NCBI GenBank assembly: GCA_012862495.1
Contig: BLSG01000090.1
Span: 251,887-305,287 of the forward strand
Reading direction: 5' to 3'
DNA length: 53,401 nucleotides
Source: Thraustochytrium aureum
Lineage: Eukaryota
Below, in pieces: positions 20,101-31,567 of this stretch (positions are counted from its first letter, which is position 1; the number at the start of each line of letters is the position of its first letter). The translations under genes and the position numbers were made by a program. The notes beneath the pieces were generated by a model. That model saw only the letters and a list, made by a program, of their open reading frames with translations, did not search any database and was not told the DNA's origin.

Positions 20101-21308
20101 ACCAGCAAGGCGCATCTTACCCAAGCGGTGCAGCGGGCCTCCAAGCACTCAACGGCGGCGCCCTACTTGCTTATGGACTTGAAGCTGCTCGCTGGTTTGA
20201 GTTGCTACACCGCCGGCAGCGAGGGTTTATCGCCGATGCTCACATGAGGGCGCTTGTCCGGGTCCTCGGAAAGGAACAGGTTGCGGCGGTGCTCGATCAG
20301 GTCTTCAACGAGGTGGAATTCAAGCTCGCTCAGGTCGTGGCTCCGCTTACAAAGATGCTCACTCGAAACCTGCCTGCGGTTCGCTTTCGCAATCTCGGCG
20401 ACCCTGCGCGATGCTTTAAGGACTTGGATGAGGCGTACGGGACCGTCTTTGCCGCGCAGCCAGACTTGGAGGGGCGCGTCCTTCAAACATTCCGAGAGCT
20501 AGGCAACGCTGTTGTGCTTGCCAAAATCATCCACGGAGCCTTCCAGCAGCACGAGCTCACCGCGTTTGTGCAGATTGGGCCGCTCCTTGGCCTAGGCAAT
20601 GGCGACCTGGATGTGCAGCCAGGGCCGTCTGGCGCCCACCAAATCCCCGTGATCCGAGCGGTGGCCGAAGCCGGGGGCGACGCCTCGCTGGTGTATCTTG
20701 CTGAACAATCTTGCAATGCGCAAGCGGACGCGGCCCGGCCAACAGCGTTGTTTTCAAATGTGCTTGCTCGAGTCGACTCTATTCTGGACGCGTGCATGCC
20801 CCCAACAGAAGGCGAGGGCGGGAACGAGTCGCCCGCATTCTATCGACTGTGGAGTGCACTGCAGTTCCGCATGGTGTGCGAGCCGGCTCTGGGGCCCCCA
20901 CTCGGCGGCCTGTTTGCAGAGATGCCGACGCGGCTTGCTCTACTTGGTGACGGCTTTGCTTGGGCTGGATGTCTGCTGTTGCATCGCCTCGGGCAGCGCA
21001 ACCGTTTCGAGTTGTGGGATGGGCTGTACAAGCTTTTGACGGCAAGTGCGCTTGACGACCCAAGCTCTGTGTCTGCTGAGCAGGCTGCGTTCATTGGTCG
21101 AGCGCGCCGCCTGCGCGACACAAACGAGCACGCTTTTCGGCTCCTGGATGGCGCAAGGCCCCCATCCCGAGTGGCCACTCAGGCCATGCTTTACTTTCAT
21201 CCTCCGCGGGCCAAGCAAGTGGAAGAGCGGCCTGCGGATAGCGCGCCCGTTTCTGCGGAGAGGCGCGCCGGGCTAAGCGTTCGGCTCACGCAGCTGGAGT
21301 TTTTCTGA
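17128..21308 (+). CDS. CYFIP: CYFIP/Sra1/PIR121 (WAVE complex subunit); gap 18776-18884; apparent frameshifts near 17387 and 20172
   Basis: HMLY/xKRSVAKAVP, LRPEVDKM, LDLLKDSKPCLRNDFALYKRA, PVVPVFGDVQM, LGDLWFREFYLD..QFPIEMSLPWIL, LDLYNDAA..LFDEIEAEVNLVFDQL, FRELGN, FYRLWSALQF, GDGFAWAG. Confidence 0.92.
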
Positions 21309-21523
21309 CCTACTTGTTGCAAAAGCCAAGTGAGCTGGTGCTCTACTGCTAGCTCTAGCTTCTCTACTAGAGAGAGACCGACTTGTCTGGTGTGGGCAGC
21401 GTCCTCAAACTGCCAACGCCGCACTGTTCCGGTTGGTCGACGGCGGAAGAAGAATGCAAAATTGTTGTTGTTTTGGAGTGCCCAAGGAGATTGGTTTCAT
21501 CCTGCGACGTTCTCCAGGAGCTC

Positions 21524-24500
21524 CTACAGATCCTTGGACAGAACGTCCTCAAAAAGGTCGGCAAACGGCTTGGTGGAGACTGCCTCCTCCATGGCTTTCC
21601 AGTCAATAGAGCTGCGGCGCCGGCCCATACCGTCAGGATCGCGATCCACAAAACTGCCTACGTCAGAGTCGCTGCCAAAAAGGAGTCGCTTGAGCAATCC
21701 CGGCGCCCCTGACAAGTCGGTGGCAGGATTGCTGTCGCCCAGGGCAGGCCGGCCCTCGCCAGGCGCTTGGCCCCGCGAGGGACGGCGAGGCCTCTGCACT
21801 AGGCCGAGCACTTCGCGCTCCTCCTCGTTCATCTCTAAAAAGTTGGCGAGAAGGAGGAGGACCTCGTTCTGCGTCTGGAAAGTGCCGCTGCGGCGCGTCT
21901 CAAAGTAGTTTACAACGAGGCGGCGCATCAACTCCAAGTCGAGAAGAGCGCCGTCCCCGTCCTCACCCTCGCCGGCTTGGGCTTCGCCCGGCTGGCCGGG
22001 ATCGGCCGGTGCAAGCGAAGTCTGGCTCGTCGTCAAATGCGGGGCGCCGGGGTGACCGGGGCCGTTCTCCTTTGGCGAAGAGAGCGAGTTGAGAGACGCG
22101 TTCGACCCCATTGAGGTTGACCTGCGACCGAGTCGCCTCTCCCGCTCCATTGCCTCAAGTCGGCTCGCTTGCTCTTGCAGACGCGACTCAAGGTCGCGCT
22201 GGGTCGACAGAAGGGCTTGAATCTCGGCTCGCAGTGCGACTTCGGCTCCGCGGCGCACTTCGCGTTCTGCGGCCGCGGAAGTCTGAGCATCTATCAGCAT
22301 GGCCTGGGACTCCCGAAGCTGGCTGTCGAGCTCGCGGCCCCGGCGCTCGTAGCTCTCGGTTCGAAGCTCAAGGTCTCGCGTGAGCGCTGCGAGCGCTGCG
22401 TTCAGGCTTTGGCGCTCTGTCGCAAGCTGCTCGAGGTCGGCTTGCGAAACGCGCAGCTCTGCTTTTGTGGCTTGCAGCTCGCTCGAAAGTTTGTGCACNN
22501 NNNNNNNNNNNNNNNNNNNNNNNNNNNNNNNNNNNNNNNNNNNNNNNNNNNNNNNNNNNNNNNNNNNNNNNNNNNNNNNNNNNNNNNNNNNNNNNNNNNN
22601 NNNNNNNNNNNNNNNNNNNNNNNNNNNNNNNNNNNNNNNNNNNNNNNNNNNNNNNNNNNNNNNNNNNNNNNNNNNNNNNNNNNNNNNNNNNNNNNNNNNN
22701 NNNNNNNNNNNNNNNNNNNNNNNNNNNNNNNNNNNNNNNNNNNNNNNNNNNNNNNNNNNNNNNNNNNNNNNNNNNNNNNNNNNNNNNNNNNNNNNNNNNN
22801 NNNNNNNNNNNNNNNNNNNNNNNNNNNNNNNNNNNNNNNAGCTCACACCTTGTTGGTGCGCCTGCGTTTTGCGGCGCAGATCCTCTTGAAGATTCTCCAC
22901 CTGCTGGCGCAAGCGCTGCCGCTCAGCTTCGCTGGTGCTTAGGCTGCGCTTGGTTACCTCCTGCGCATCTGCGGTCTCGTTGAGCTGCGCTTCGAGTGCA
23001 GAGCAGCGCAGCCGCAACTCTTGCTCCGCATCGAACGTGACACGAGCAGTGTGCTGCAGCTTTTCGAACGCCGTGGACAGCGTTGCGAGGCGGTCCTCAG
23101 CAGCAGCCGCCTGGGCTCGAGAGCTGGTCAGCGCGCTGGTGGAATCTTCGGCCCGCGCTTCCGCCTCGACGAGCTGCTCCTCTAGCTTGTCGACGCGCAC
23201 CTCGTACTCGGAAACCTTTAAGCGCAAAGCCTGCTCTGACTCTGTTGTCGCGTGCGCTGCCGATTGAAGATTGTCGTACGCTTTAGTAAGGGTCTCAAGC
23301 CGAGACTGGAGCGCGACGAGCTCGTCCGGTGCTGCTGCAGCCTCGGCAGGAGCTGGAACGGCGGATGCCGCTGGCTGGAGCTTGGCCAAGAGTTCGGCAA
23401 CGCGGTCTTCGAGATCGAGCTTGGCGCTCGTTGTCTCCTGGTTGACGGTCGCCTGCTGTTCGACGATCGCGCGCTCCTGGTCGAGAGCGACGCGCAAGCC
23501 CTGAATCTCTGCCCGCAGTTGGCTGACCAGCGGGTCGTTCGACAGACTCCTGCGAAGCTCGGCCTCACGACGTGCGAGCCGGTCTTGGGCGCGTGAGCGC
23601 TCTTGGTCGAGCTCGACGGTCAGCGCGTGAATCCTGTCCTTTAGTCTGGTTGTGCTCTCGTTCTCTAACTTGGCACGAAGCTGCTCTTCTTGGATGGTGA
23701 TTTCGTGCTCGGCCTTGATCTGTTGCTGCTCCAGCTCGGTGGCGAGTACTTGGACCTGGTCGCGAAGCTGCGACACGACTTCTTCAGCCGACGAGCTGCT
23801 CCCAGAGTTGTCGTCGTTCGCGGTCTCGTGAGCCCTGCTGCCAGCTCGAGCTCGTTGTTGCAGTCCGCTGGCTTCCCTCGCAAACCCGCGCTCGGACGCC
23901 GACCCGTTCCCGCTTCCGCCGCTTGACCCGCCGCTGCTGCTAGACCGGCTTGCAGCTGCGACGCTGCGTGCGCTAGATCCGGCTCCAAAGGCACTGGAGC
24001 CGCCCCCGTGCGCGCCTCCGGCAGCCTGCGACTCAAGCTGCGCGAACTCGTCGATGAGGACGCCGATGCGCGCCAGCACCTGCTGGTCATCCAGCTGCGC
24101 TGATTGCAAGTCGAAAGCCGCTTTTGCGCCGAGAAATCTGGCGTGCTCGGCCAGGCTGGCGTTCGCGAGTGGCGGCGGCGGGAGCTCGCCGAACGAGTTG
24201 TCGCGACGTACCTCGACTTCAAACTTCTTCGCCTCGTTGTCCCGGCGGGTCTCTGCGGCCCTCGCGCTGCCAGTCGCCTGGATCACCTTTTCCTCAAGCG
24301 CACTGATCGTGATTTTGGCCTGCTCGAGCTCTGCGCGGGCCTCTGCGACGCGGGCTTCGCCAGCTTGCAGCGCGTCGTTGAGCTGCCCCTGGTGCGCCGA
24401 GGCTTGCTTCTCGAGCGCTTCGATTCCGGCCTGCAGCTCGCGCTTCATTCGCACCTCGCGCACTGAGAGCTCGAGAATCTGTTGCGCTGCCTTTGCTTCC

Positions 24501-24703
24501 GCTTGCTTGACCGCGCGCTCGGCAGCCACACGGCTATTCTGCGCTTCCTCAAGGTCGCGCGTTGTCGCCTGCACGACGCCTGCGAGGCGGTCGCGAGCTT
24601 GGCTGGCCTCGTCCGCTTGGCAGCGGGCAGCCCCTAGTTCGGCGACGAGCTGGCTAATGCGGTTTTCCGCGCGCAGCAGGGCCTCGCTGGTGGAGCCACC
24701 TTG
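21524..24703 (-). CDS. Long coiled-coil golgin with C-terminal GRAB/GRIP-like domain and GA1-like motif (GMAP-210/TRIP11/Rud3 type); 5' end in gap
   Basis: Several hundred residues of E/Q/L/A heptad sequence; DLELMRRLVVNYFE..EVLLLLANFLEMNEEEREVLGL; GLLKRLLFG; terminal PFADLFEDVL. Confidence 0.75.
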   Translation of the reverse strand, partial: QGGSTSEALLRAENRISQLVAELGAARCQADEASQARDRLAGVVQATTRDLEEAQNSRVAAERAVKQAEAKAAQQILELSVREVRMKRELQAGIEALEKQASAHQGQLNDALQAGEARVAEARAELEQAKITISALEEKVIQATGSARAAETRRDNEAKKFEVEVRRDNSFGELPPPPLANASLAEHARFLGAKAAFDLQSAQLDDQQVLARIGVLIDEFAQLESQAAGGAHGGGSSAFGAGSSARSVAAASRSSSSGGSSGGSGNGSASERGFAREASGLQQRARAGSRAHETANDDNSGSSSSAEEVVSQLRDQVQVLATELEQQQIKAEHEITIQEEQLRAKLENESTTRLKDRIHALTVELDQERSRAQDRLARREAELRRSLSNDPLVSQLRAEIQGLRVALDQERAIVEQQATVNQETTSAKLDLEDRVAELLAKLQPAASAVPAPAEAAAAPDELVALQSRLETLTKAYDNLQSAAHATTESEQALRLKVSEYEVRVDKLEEQLVEAEARAEDSTSALTSSRAQAAAAEDRLATLSTAFEKLQHTARVTFDAEQELRLRCSALEAQLNETADAQEVTKRSLSTSEAERQRLRQQVENLQEDLRRKTQAHQQGVSXXXXXXXXXXXXXXXXXXXXXXXXXXXXXXXXXXXXXXXXXXXXXXXXXXXXXXXXXXXXXXXXXXXXXXXXXXXXXXXXXXXXXXXXXXXXXXXXXXXXXXXXXXXXXXXXXXVHKLSSELQATKAELRVSQADLEQLATERQSLNAALAALTRDLELRTESYERRGRELDSQLRESQAMLIDAQTSAAAEREVRRGAEVALRAEIQALLSTQRDLESRLQEQASRLEAMERERRLGRRSTSMGSNASLNSLSSPKENGPGHPGAPHLTTSQTSLAPADPGQPGEAQAGEGEDGDGALLDLELMRRLVVNYFETRRSGTFQTQNEVLLLLANFLEMNEEEREVLGLVQRPRRPSRGQAPGEGRPALGDSNPATDLSGAPGLLKRLLFGSDSDVGSFVDRDPDGMGRRRSSIDWKAMEEAVSTKPFADLFEDVLSKDL

Positions 24704-26299
24704 NNNNNNNNNNNNNNNNNNNNNNNNNNNNNNNNNNNNNNNNNNNNNNNNNNNNNNNNNNNNNNNNNNNNNNNNNNNNNNNNNNNNNNNNNNNNNNNNN
24801 NNNNNNNNNNNNNNNNNNNNNNNNNNNNNNNNNNNNNNNNNNNNNNNNNNNNNNNNNNNNNNNNNNNNNNNNNNNNNNNNNNNNNNNNNNNNNNNNNNNN
24901 NNNNNNNNNNNNNNNNNNNNNNNNNNNNNNNNNNNNNNNNNNNNNNNNNNNNNNNNNNNNNNNNNNNNNNNNNNNNNNNNNNNNNNNNNNNNNNNNNNNN
25001 NNNNNNNNNNNNNNNNNNNNNNNNNNNNNNNNNNNNNNNNNNNNNNNNNNNNNNNNNNNNNNNNNNNNNNNNNNNNNNNNNNNNNNNNNNNNNNNNNNNN
25101 NNNNNNNNNNNNNNNNNNNNNNNNNNNNNNNNNNNNNNNNNNNNNNNNNNNNNNNNNNNNNNNNNNNNNNNNNNNNNNNNNNNNNNNNNNNNNNNNNNNN
25201 NNNNNNNNNNNNNNNNNNNNNNNNNNNNNNNNNNNNNNNNNNNNNNNNNNNNNNNNNNNNNNNNNNNNNNNNNNNNNNNNNNNNNNNNNNNNNNNNNNNN
25301 NNNNNNNNNNNNNNNNNNNNNNNNNNNNNNNNNNNNNNNNNNNNNNNNNNNNNNNNNNNNNNNNNNNNNNNNNNNNNNNNNNNNNNNNNNNNNNNNNNNN
25401 NNNNNNNNNNNNNNNNNNNNNNNNNNNNNNNNNNNNNNNNNNNNNNNNNNNNNNNNNNNNNNNNNNNNNNNNNNNNNNNNNNNNNNNNNNNNNGCCTGCC
25501 TGCCTGCCTGCCTCGTGTCTTCGCGTTGTCGGTCTGCTTTCCCTGCCACTTTGTTCTCCTCAGAGGCCCTTTTCTTGAGACGTACCGCACGGTAGCTGTC
25601 TATTTTCTGCCGTTCGCGCGCCTGTGGAGGGGACTGGTTCACGTTTTATTGACCCCGGCTCGTGCTCGGTGTTGCTGTCCTGCACGGTAGTCCAGAGTGA
25701 GCACCAACGCACGTGGGCGCGCTCAGCTCTTGCTTCGATCGAATGAGAGGTTGCTGCTGCTTGGCTGCTGCTACAACTTCGTCAAGGGCCGCTTGCCCTC
25801 TCGCCCCGTGACTGTTGTCGCGAATGAGGTCCTTGAAGATGTTCTCCGTTCTCGGGTCGGGTTAGGCTATTGAGTACACTGCGAGGTGGAGAAAGAAATC
25901 AATCCGCTCACGACGCGACGAGATTTCAACCCCCTTCTTTGCCGGCCCCTCCGATCTTCGGAGCTCGGCCGCTGCTTCTCCTGCCCAACTCGATGCTCGG
26001 CAGGCGCTTCGCCTCCACTGTGTGTCACAGGGACAAGTCGGCCTTCAGGACAGTCGACACATGACAAGCAAGGCGCTTTTGACGCTCGTCCGGTCTGAGA
26101 CCACCACCTGTAAATGGCCCGTTCGCCGACCCTCTGATCAAAGGAAGACGTTGCATCAACCAACAAGATGAAGGGGAAAGTGGGAGGGGGCTGGCTGTCT
26201 GAATGAATTGAATTGGCCTGTGCTTCGCGATACCTACAGAGAGCGCAGCGGCAACGAGCTTCGTGAAGCGGCAGAGCGAGACGCTCGCGCTTGCGATCT

Positions 26300-26784
26300 T
26301 TAGTCGTACGTGCACAGCCCGATGCCCGGGAAAAGGATCTTGCCTGCGAACACAAGAGCTAATTGTCAGCAAACCAGCTGGCCGTACAGTCTGCCTCCAA
26401 GAGCACTTACACGAGGCGCCGTCGCCGCAGTTGGTCCCTTTGGTGCACGCGAGCGCGCAGTACTTGTTCCCGCTCGAGGCGTCCTGAAGCATGCATTGCG
26501 GCTGAGCCTCGCAGCCGTCAGGCACGTCGCTCGGGCATTCCATGCCGTCGCACTTGGGCGAGCAGACCGCACCCTTCACTCCCTGGATGCGCACCGCAAC
26601 CTCGTCGCTCTCGCACCCACCTGCCGGGTTGCCTGTAGTGCGTAGCCGAGTTCAGGAGCTCCGGCAGGAGCTCGACCTGCAGAAATTCTCGCGCCTTGCT
26701 TTCGACGACTAGCTCCTTGAACGCGCGAGCATCCGCAGCACCAATCACGGCCGCCGCGGCGCAGAGCGTGGCAAGCACCTTCAT
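26300..26784 (-). CDS. Small secreted cysteine-rich protein; intron 26410-26344; one apparent extra base near 26634
   Basis: Signal peptide MKVLATLCAAAAVIGAADA; rebuilt domain THYGNPAGGCESDEVAVRIQGVKGAVCSPKC..CPSDVP..PQCML..KYCALAC..CGDGASCKILFPGIGLCTYD-TAA. Confidence 0.75.
26344..26410 (-). other. GT-AG intron (67 nt)
   Basis: GTAAGT donor, GCTGAC branch-like motif, TTCGCAG acceptor; splicing gives ASCKILFPGIGLCTYD*. Confidence 0.75.
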
Positions 26785-27525
26785 CGTGTCNNNNNNNNNN
26801 NNNNNNNNNNNNNNNNNNNNNNNNNNNNNNNNNNNNNNNNNNNNNNNNNNNNNNNNNNNNNNNNNNNNNNNNNNNNNNNNNNNNNNNNNNNNNNNNNNNN
26901 NNNNNNNNNNNNNNNNNNNNNNNNNNNNNNNNNNNNNNNNNNNNNNNNNNNNNNNNNNNNNNNNNNNNNNNNNNNNNNNNNNNNNNNNNNNNNNNNNNNN
27001 NNNNNNNNNNNNNNNNNNNNNNNNNGAGCCAGGTCAGCCCGAGCTGCGACAGCGCCTGGACACGCGCCCCGCATCCCGCGCCTGGGCACGCGCTCCGCAT
27101 CCAACATGCTCACCAACTCACCTGTCTTGCACCTGGTCTGCTCTGCTGGCGCGCTCTGTCGTTGCGACTCTGCCACTGCTGCGAAGATCGAAGCAAAAAA
27201 AGATCCACGGGGGAAATCTCCTCAACGGATGAACTACAACACTTCTGTGACGCCCAACCGCCGGTTCGTACGTGCTCGATACGTCACTGTGGCCCCCAGA
27301 GTGAGATGCGCGTTTACCGTACTAGGAGTTGTCTACTCGGAAGAGAAGGGAGATCGTTGGGACGCCACCCATTCACAACCGTGTGTTCGACCAAGGAGGG
27401 CAGCGAGCGAGCGCTGAATCGGCCAGCGAAACCCTCGGGGCGATCTCTTTCATCTGTGAAACGCTGTGGCTCATCAGCAGCAAGTGCAGTGACACAGCAG
27501 TCTCCAAACGACGACGACGGTGAAC

Positions 27526-28500
27526 ATGCGGGTCAAGAAAGCCGCCGCGCTCGCGCTGTGCGCGTTTTGCGGCAACAGACGTGCCAACGTGGACCTCATC
27601 ATTTTCGGCGATTCGATCTCCGACATCGGCAACACGTGGTCGTTCTCTCAAGGAGGATGGCCCGCTGCGTCGTCGTATCCTGCGCACGTGTTTTCCAACG
27701 AAGAAACGTGGCCAACGCGCGCCGCAGCAGCCCTCTCGCGCGGCCGGGGCCACCCCGGCGCAAACCTATTCAACTACGGCATCGGCGGAGCAACCGTGGA
27801 CAACACCAAACGCGCAGGGTTCACCGGCCCGGACAGCACCTGGCCCGTACCCGGTGCGACGCAGCAGTTCGCAATGTACACCGGCAACTCGGCGCGCCCG
27901 CACTTGGACACTGACAAGGTCTACTTTGTAGTTGCGGGCGCCAACGATGTCTACTTTGGGTGGGCCACGGGCCAGACCGTCAACAACGAGGAGTTCCTCG
28001 GCCCGGTCGCCGATGCGGTCTCCGAGCTCGTCAGCAATATTGCTGCCTTCGCAACCGCGAACCAAGACCACGTGCGAGTCACGATTGTCGTGGCCAACTT
28101 GTATCCCCCCGAGGTAACACCGTGGGCTCGTCGTTATGCGAGTGAGGCCCTTGTCGGGGTCACCGAGCTCTACAACCGACTCTTGAGCGAGCGCCTCGAC
28201 GCGCTCGGCATCAATGAGGGTCCCAGCACGGGCAACAACACGGGGCCTGCGCTCGTGCGCTTCGATCTCAGCTCGTTCGTGCACGATGCCGTTCTAACCG
28301 CTCGCGAGACAAATGGGGCGAAGTCTGTGGAGGTGCCATGCATCACCTCGGACTATTTCTCTGGTGCCCAAGAAGTCTGCGACGACCCGACCCAGCATTT
28401 CTTCTACGACATCTTCCACCCGAACTCGCGTGTGCACGAGTCGCTCTCTGCTGCCATGCTTAGGGCCGCCGGGCTCGGCCACCGTGGCAGCGGGAACTAG
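27526..28500 (+). CDS. GDSL/SGNH lipase-esterase, probably secreted
   Basis: Block I FGDSISDIGN, block II NYGIGGA, block III GAND, block V FFYDIFHP; short hydrophobic N-terminus. Confidence 0.9.
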   Translation: MRVKKAAALALCAFCGNRRANVDLIIFGDSISDIGNTWSFSQGGWPAASSYPAHVFSNEETWPTRAAAALSRGRGHPGANLFNYGIGGATVDNTKRAGFTGPDSTWPVPGATQQFAMYTGNSARPHLDTDKVYFVVAGANDVYFGWATGQTVNNEEFLGPVADAVSELVSNIAAFATANQDHVRVTIVVANLYPPEVTPWARRYASEALVGVTELYNRLLSERLDALGINEGPSTGNNTGPALVRFDLSSFVHDAVLTARETNGAKSVEVPCITSDYFSGAQEVCDDPTQHFFYDIFHPNSRVHESLSAAMLRAAGLGHRGSGN

Positions 28501-29144
28501 CCTACTAGAGAGACCCAGCGTGCGTTCAACAAATCAATAAACAGACCTAACCGAACCGAGCCTCCTCCAGAGGCAAGCCCCACAGACGGGCGCCACTGCG
28601 CATGCGGCATGCGCCTCCCCGACGCGCTGGTCAGAGCGGGCAGTCGCTTGGCCAAGCGCTCGCGCGCTGGGTTTTAGCCTTGTTGAATGGATCACAGGGC
28701 TCCGAGTCGTTGGTTTCCCCGGCGGAACATGCTCTGCTCTTTTCGACAAGCAAAAACATCGAGGCAACGAGCAACAGCACAGCGAAAACCCAGGGCGCAC
28801 GCACCTCCGAGGAGCGCCAGACGCACGAGTGCGCCGAGAAGAGACCGCCTTCACAGGGCCCGCTGCAAGCAGGGTTGCGATCGACGCGGAGACGACCTGT
28901 CGCCGTGAGCGCGGCGACTTTGACCAAGACATTTCCCCAAGCCCGACGCGCACTGCGCCGCCCGTCGCACCAGTGCGGGAGCGGAACACGAGGCAGACAC
29001 GCGCGCGCGCGCTAGTCGCGGCGATAGACGAGCGCCCTGCTTCGCCGCAAGCCTCGCGCCGCAAACAGCGGCGGGGGCGCAGGCCGTAAACCAAAGCCTA
29101 GCAACTCGCAGGACAAGCGGTCAGGGGCGCGCCGCTGGCGCGCA

Positions 29145-30832
29145 GTGACAGGCAAAATAGCGACCGCCGGTCACGCCCTATCGAATGGGCAAGTGTGGCT
29201 GTACCAGACCTTCTTCCGAGCCAAACAGTCCGTTGAGAGTTTAGCAGATATGCTTGGTGCGCGACTCGGGCAGCGGCCCGCCGCAGGGCCCGGAGCGGAC
29301 CCCGTCTTCCTGTTCGGCGAGGAGTTCGACCTAACCAACGTGACCGACGAGCAGTTTGCGCGGCCCGTCCTGAAGGCGGCGTGGCAGGCCATGACGGGAA
29401 GCGGGGTCGACAACGACCGGGACGGAGAGAGCGAGTCCAAGGCCAGCGAGGCTGCGGTGGAGCGCGCCTCCACGCCACAGTCGACGGCCGAGCTGCACGA
29501 GCTCACCGAGCAGTCGCTGTTCCTGGCCAAGTTTCGCGATATCGTCTGGCTGACGTACCGGAACGGGTTCCACCCCATGCAGCCGCCCTCCTCATTCACC
29601 GCCGACACGGGGTGGGGCTGCATGCTCCGAAGCGCGCAGATGCTGCTCGCCCAGGTGCTCGTGCGGCACCTTGGCAGCTCCGACTGGGGCCAGCGAAACC
29701 CGGCGAGCCCGGCGCACCGGCGCCTGCTGCGCTGGTTCATGGACGCGCCAAAGTACTTTGCTTTCTATTCCATCCACCGCATGACGGAGTGCGGGCGCCA
29801 GTACGGGAAAAGGCCAGGGGAGTGGTATGGGCCGAACACCGTCGCACTTGTGCTCCGTGACCTTGTCGCTGCTCACTGCCAGCGCGGCACGGCGCCGCAG
29901 GACAAGGCTTGTCCGGGTGTCGATTCGGATTTGGCTCAAGGCGCTGCGGCCCAAGGCGACTCGTATTCCCTCAAAGCAAGGGACAAAGACATTGCCGTCC
30001 TCGTGACTGACGATTCAGCGACGCTTTTCCTCGACCAAGTCGCGAGCCTCTGCTCCCCAGCTCCGGGCAACTCGGCAGTCGATGCAGACTCTGTTGACGA
30101 CTCTAAGGCTGGCCAGTATGACCCCCTCCTGCGCCCGCTCCCGGAAGTGGCCTGGTCATCCGCTCTCTTTGTTATAGTGCCACTACGCCTCGGTCTTAGC
30201 GAGCTCAACGCCGAGTACGTTCCTCCGTTGCTGGAGGCGCTCAAGTTCCCGCAGTGCGTGGGCATGATCGGTGGCCGCCCCGCCCACTCGCTCTACTTTG
30301 TTGGCTCGCAAGGGCGCGACTTTGTTTATCTCGATCCGCACACCGTGCAGGCCGCCGCGACCGACGAGCAGTGCGTGGATGAGTGTTTCCCATACCAGGA
30401 AGACGTGGAGACCTACCATTGCAGGGTACCGTACACAATTCCTGCAGCGCGGGTCGACCCGTCGCTCGCAGTCGGGTTTTACTGCCGCGACTCGGCCGAG
30501 CTGCGCGACTTGGTGGCTCGGCTTGGCCAGCTCGACCGCGTGGGGACGCCCTTCATGAGCGTGATGCAGACGCGTCCAAAATACGATTTTGACGACGACG
30601 ATGAGGACGACGATGAGGGCGACGGCTTTGACAGCCGTTCAACTACAAACGATGAAGAGCGAGCCTGCGCGGGGGCTACTGCGGACGAAGGGGTCGCAAC
30701 ACGGTGCACCGAGCCTGGGCTATTGCCGAGAGTTAGCACTGACGAGAACGAGGACGAGGACGAGTTTTTCGATGCCAACGAAGTGATCGACGAAGCCTCC
30801 ATCCCGACGCGCGAGGAGTTTGTTTTTTGTAG
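29145..30832 (+). CDS. ATG4: ATG4 cysteine protease (peptidase C54); start uncertain; true stop probably TAG 30830-30832
   Basis: VWLTYR, DTGWGCMLRSAQMLLAQ (catalytic Cys), GEWYGP, VPLRLG, GMIGGRPAHSLYFVG, YLDPH (Asp/His), DPSLAVGFYC; acidic tail ending EEFVF. Confidence 0.93.
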
Positions 30833-31326
30833 TGCTGCGTTCGCGATCTTCAATACATCTCGCCGAGCGGCCAACTGAAAGGATGCTAACAACGCGTCAG
30901 GTTACTCTTGGAGTGCTTGGTTTTCCTTTCACGTCACCTCATCTCTCCGTTCAAACAATGCGTGCATTTGTTTGCGCGTAGGTATGGTGGTTTCGAGCTC
31001 TCTTCAGCGTCAGCAGTCAAACTCGGCACACCACAGAGGCGCCGGAGTCGTTGCGGGATTCAGAAAGCCAAGAACAACACCTACGTAACCCATCCATCCA
31101 CCGTCTCGTCCTTCCGAGCAACGAACCCGTTGCACTCCATCTCGGCCCGAGCGTGCGGGGCTTCAAAAACGGCGTGACTTGTCAGCGTAATATATCGCTT
31201 GCCGCCGTCTTGACCAAGTGCCACATGCTCGTTTTGGGGTCTCAATCTCTGAGTCCTCCGATCCATTCCGTTCAGTTGCTCGTGAGCGTGACAGACTCGC
31301 CTCCCGACTGCCGTTGAAGTTCACGC

Positions 31327-31487
31327 GCTCGTCGATCGAGCTTCTCGAGCTTGGGAAGAATCCGGGTTGGGAACGCGACGCCCGATCCGAGTTGGGAACG
31401 AGTTCCAACGAGCGGCACCTCAACCGGTAAAGGCACCGGTTTGGGAACGTGGCTCGTCGATCCGAGTTGGGAACGCAACGAGCGGCA
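31327..31487. repeat. Cluster of five TTGGGAA(C/G) motifs, including two exact GATCCGAGTTGGGAACG copies
   Basis: Motif-bearing copies start near 31351, 31361, 31384, 31435 and 31459; CAACGAGCGGCA and GCTCGTCGATC are each duplicated too. Confidence 0.75.
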
Positions 31488-31517
31488 GGCCAAGAGTGAA
31501 AGCAGAACCTCAACGGA

Positions 31518-31567
31518 GCACCAGCAGCACCAGCACCAGCAGCACCAGCAGCACCAGCGCCAGCAGC
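31518..31567. repeat. CAG/CAC microsatellite
   Basis: GCACCAGCAGCACCAGCACCAGCAGCACCAGCAGCACCAGCGCCAGCAG. Confidence 0.8.

Noticed and set aside
28631..28933. Small minus-strand ORF with a hydrophobic stretch (WVFAVLLLVASMFLL)
   Set aside because: No in-frame ATG before the stretch and no family motif; would need an assumed frameshift
31327..31487. CRISPR-like reading of the repeated 17-mer
   Set aside because: Repeats too short and irregularly spaced, no cas genes, eukaryotic context
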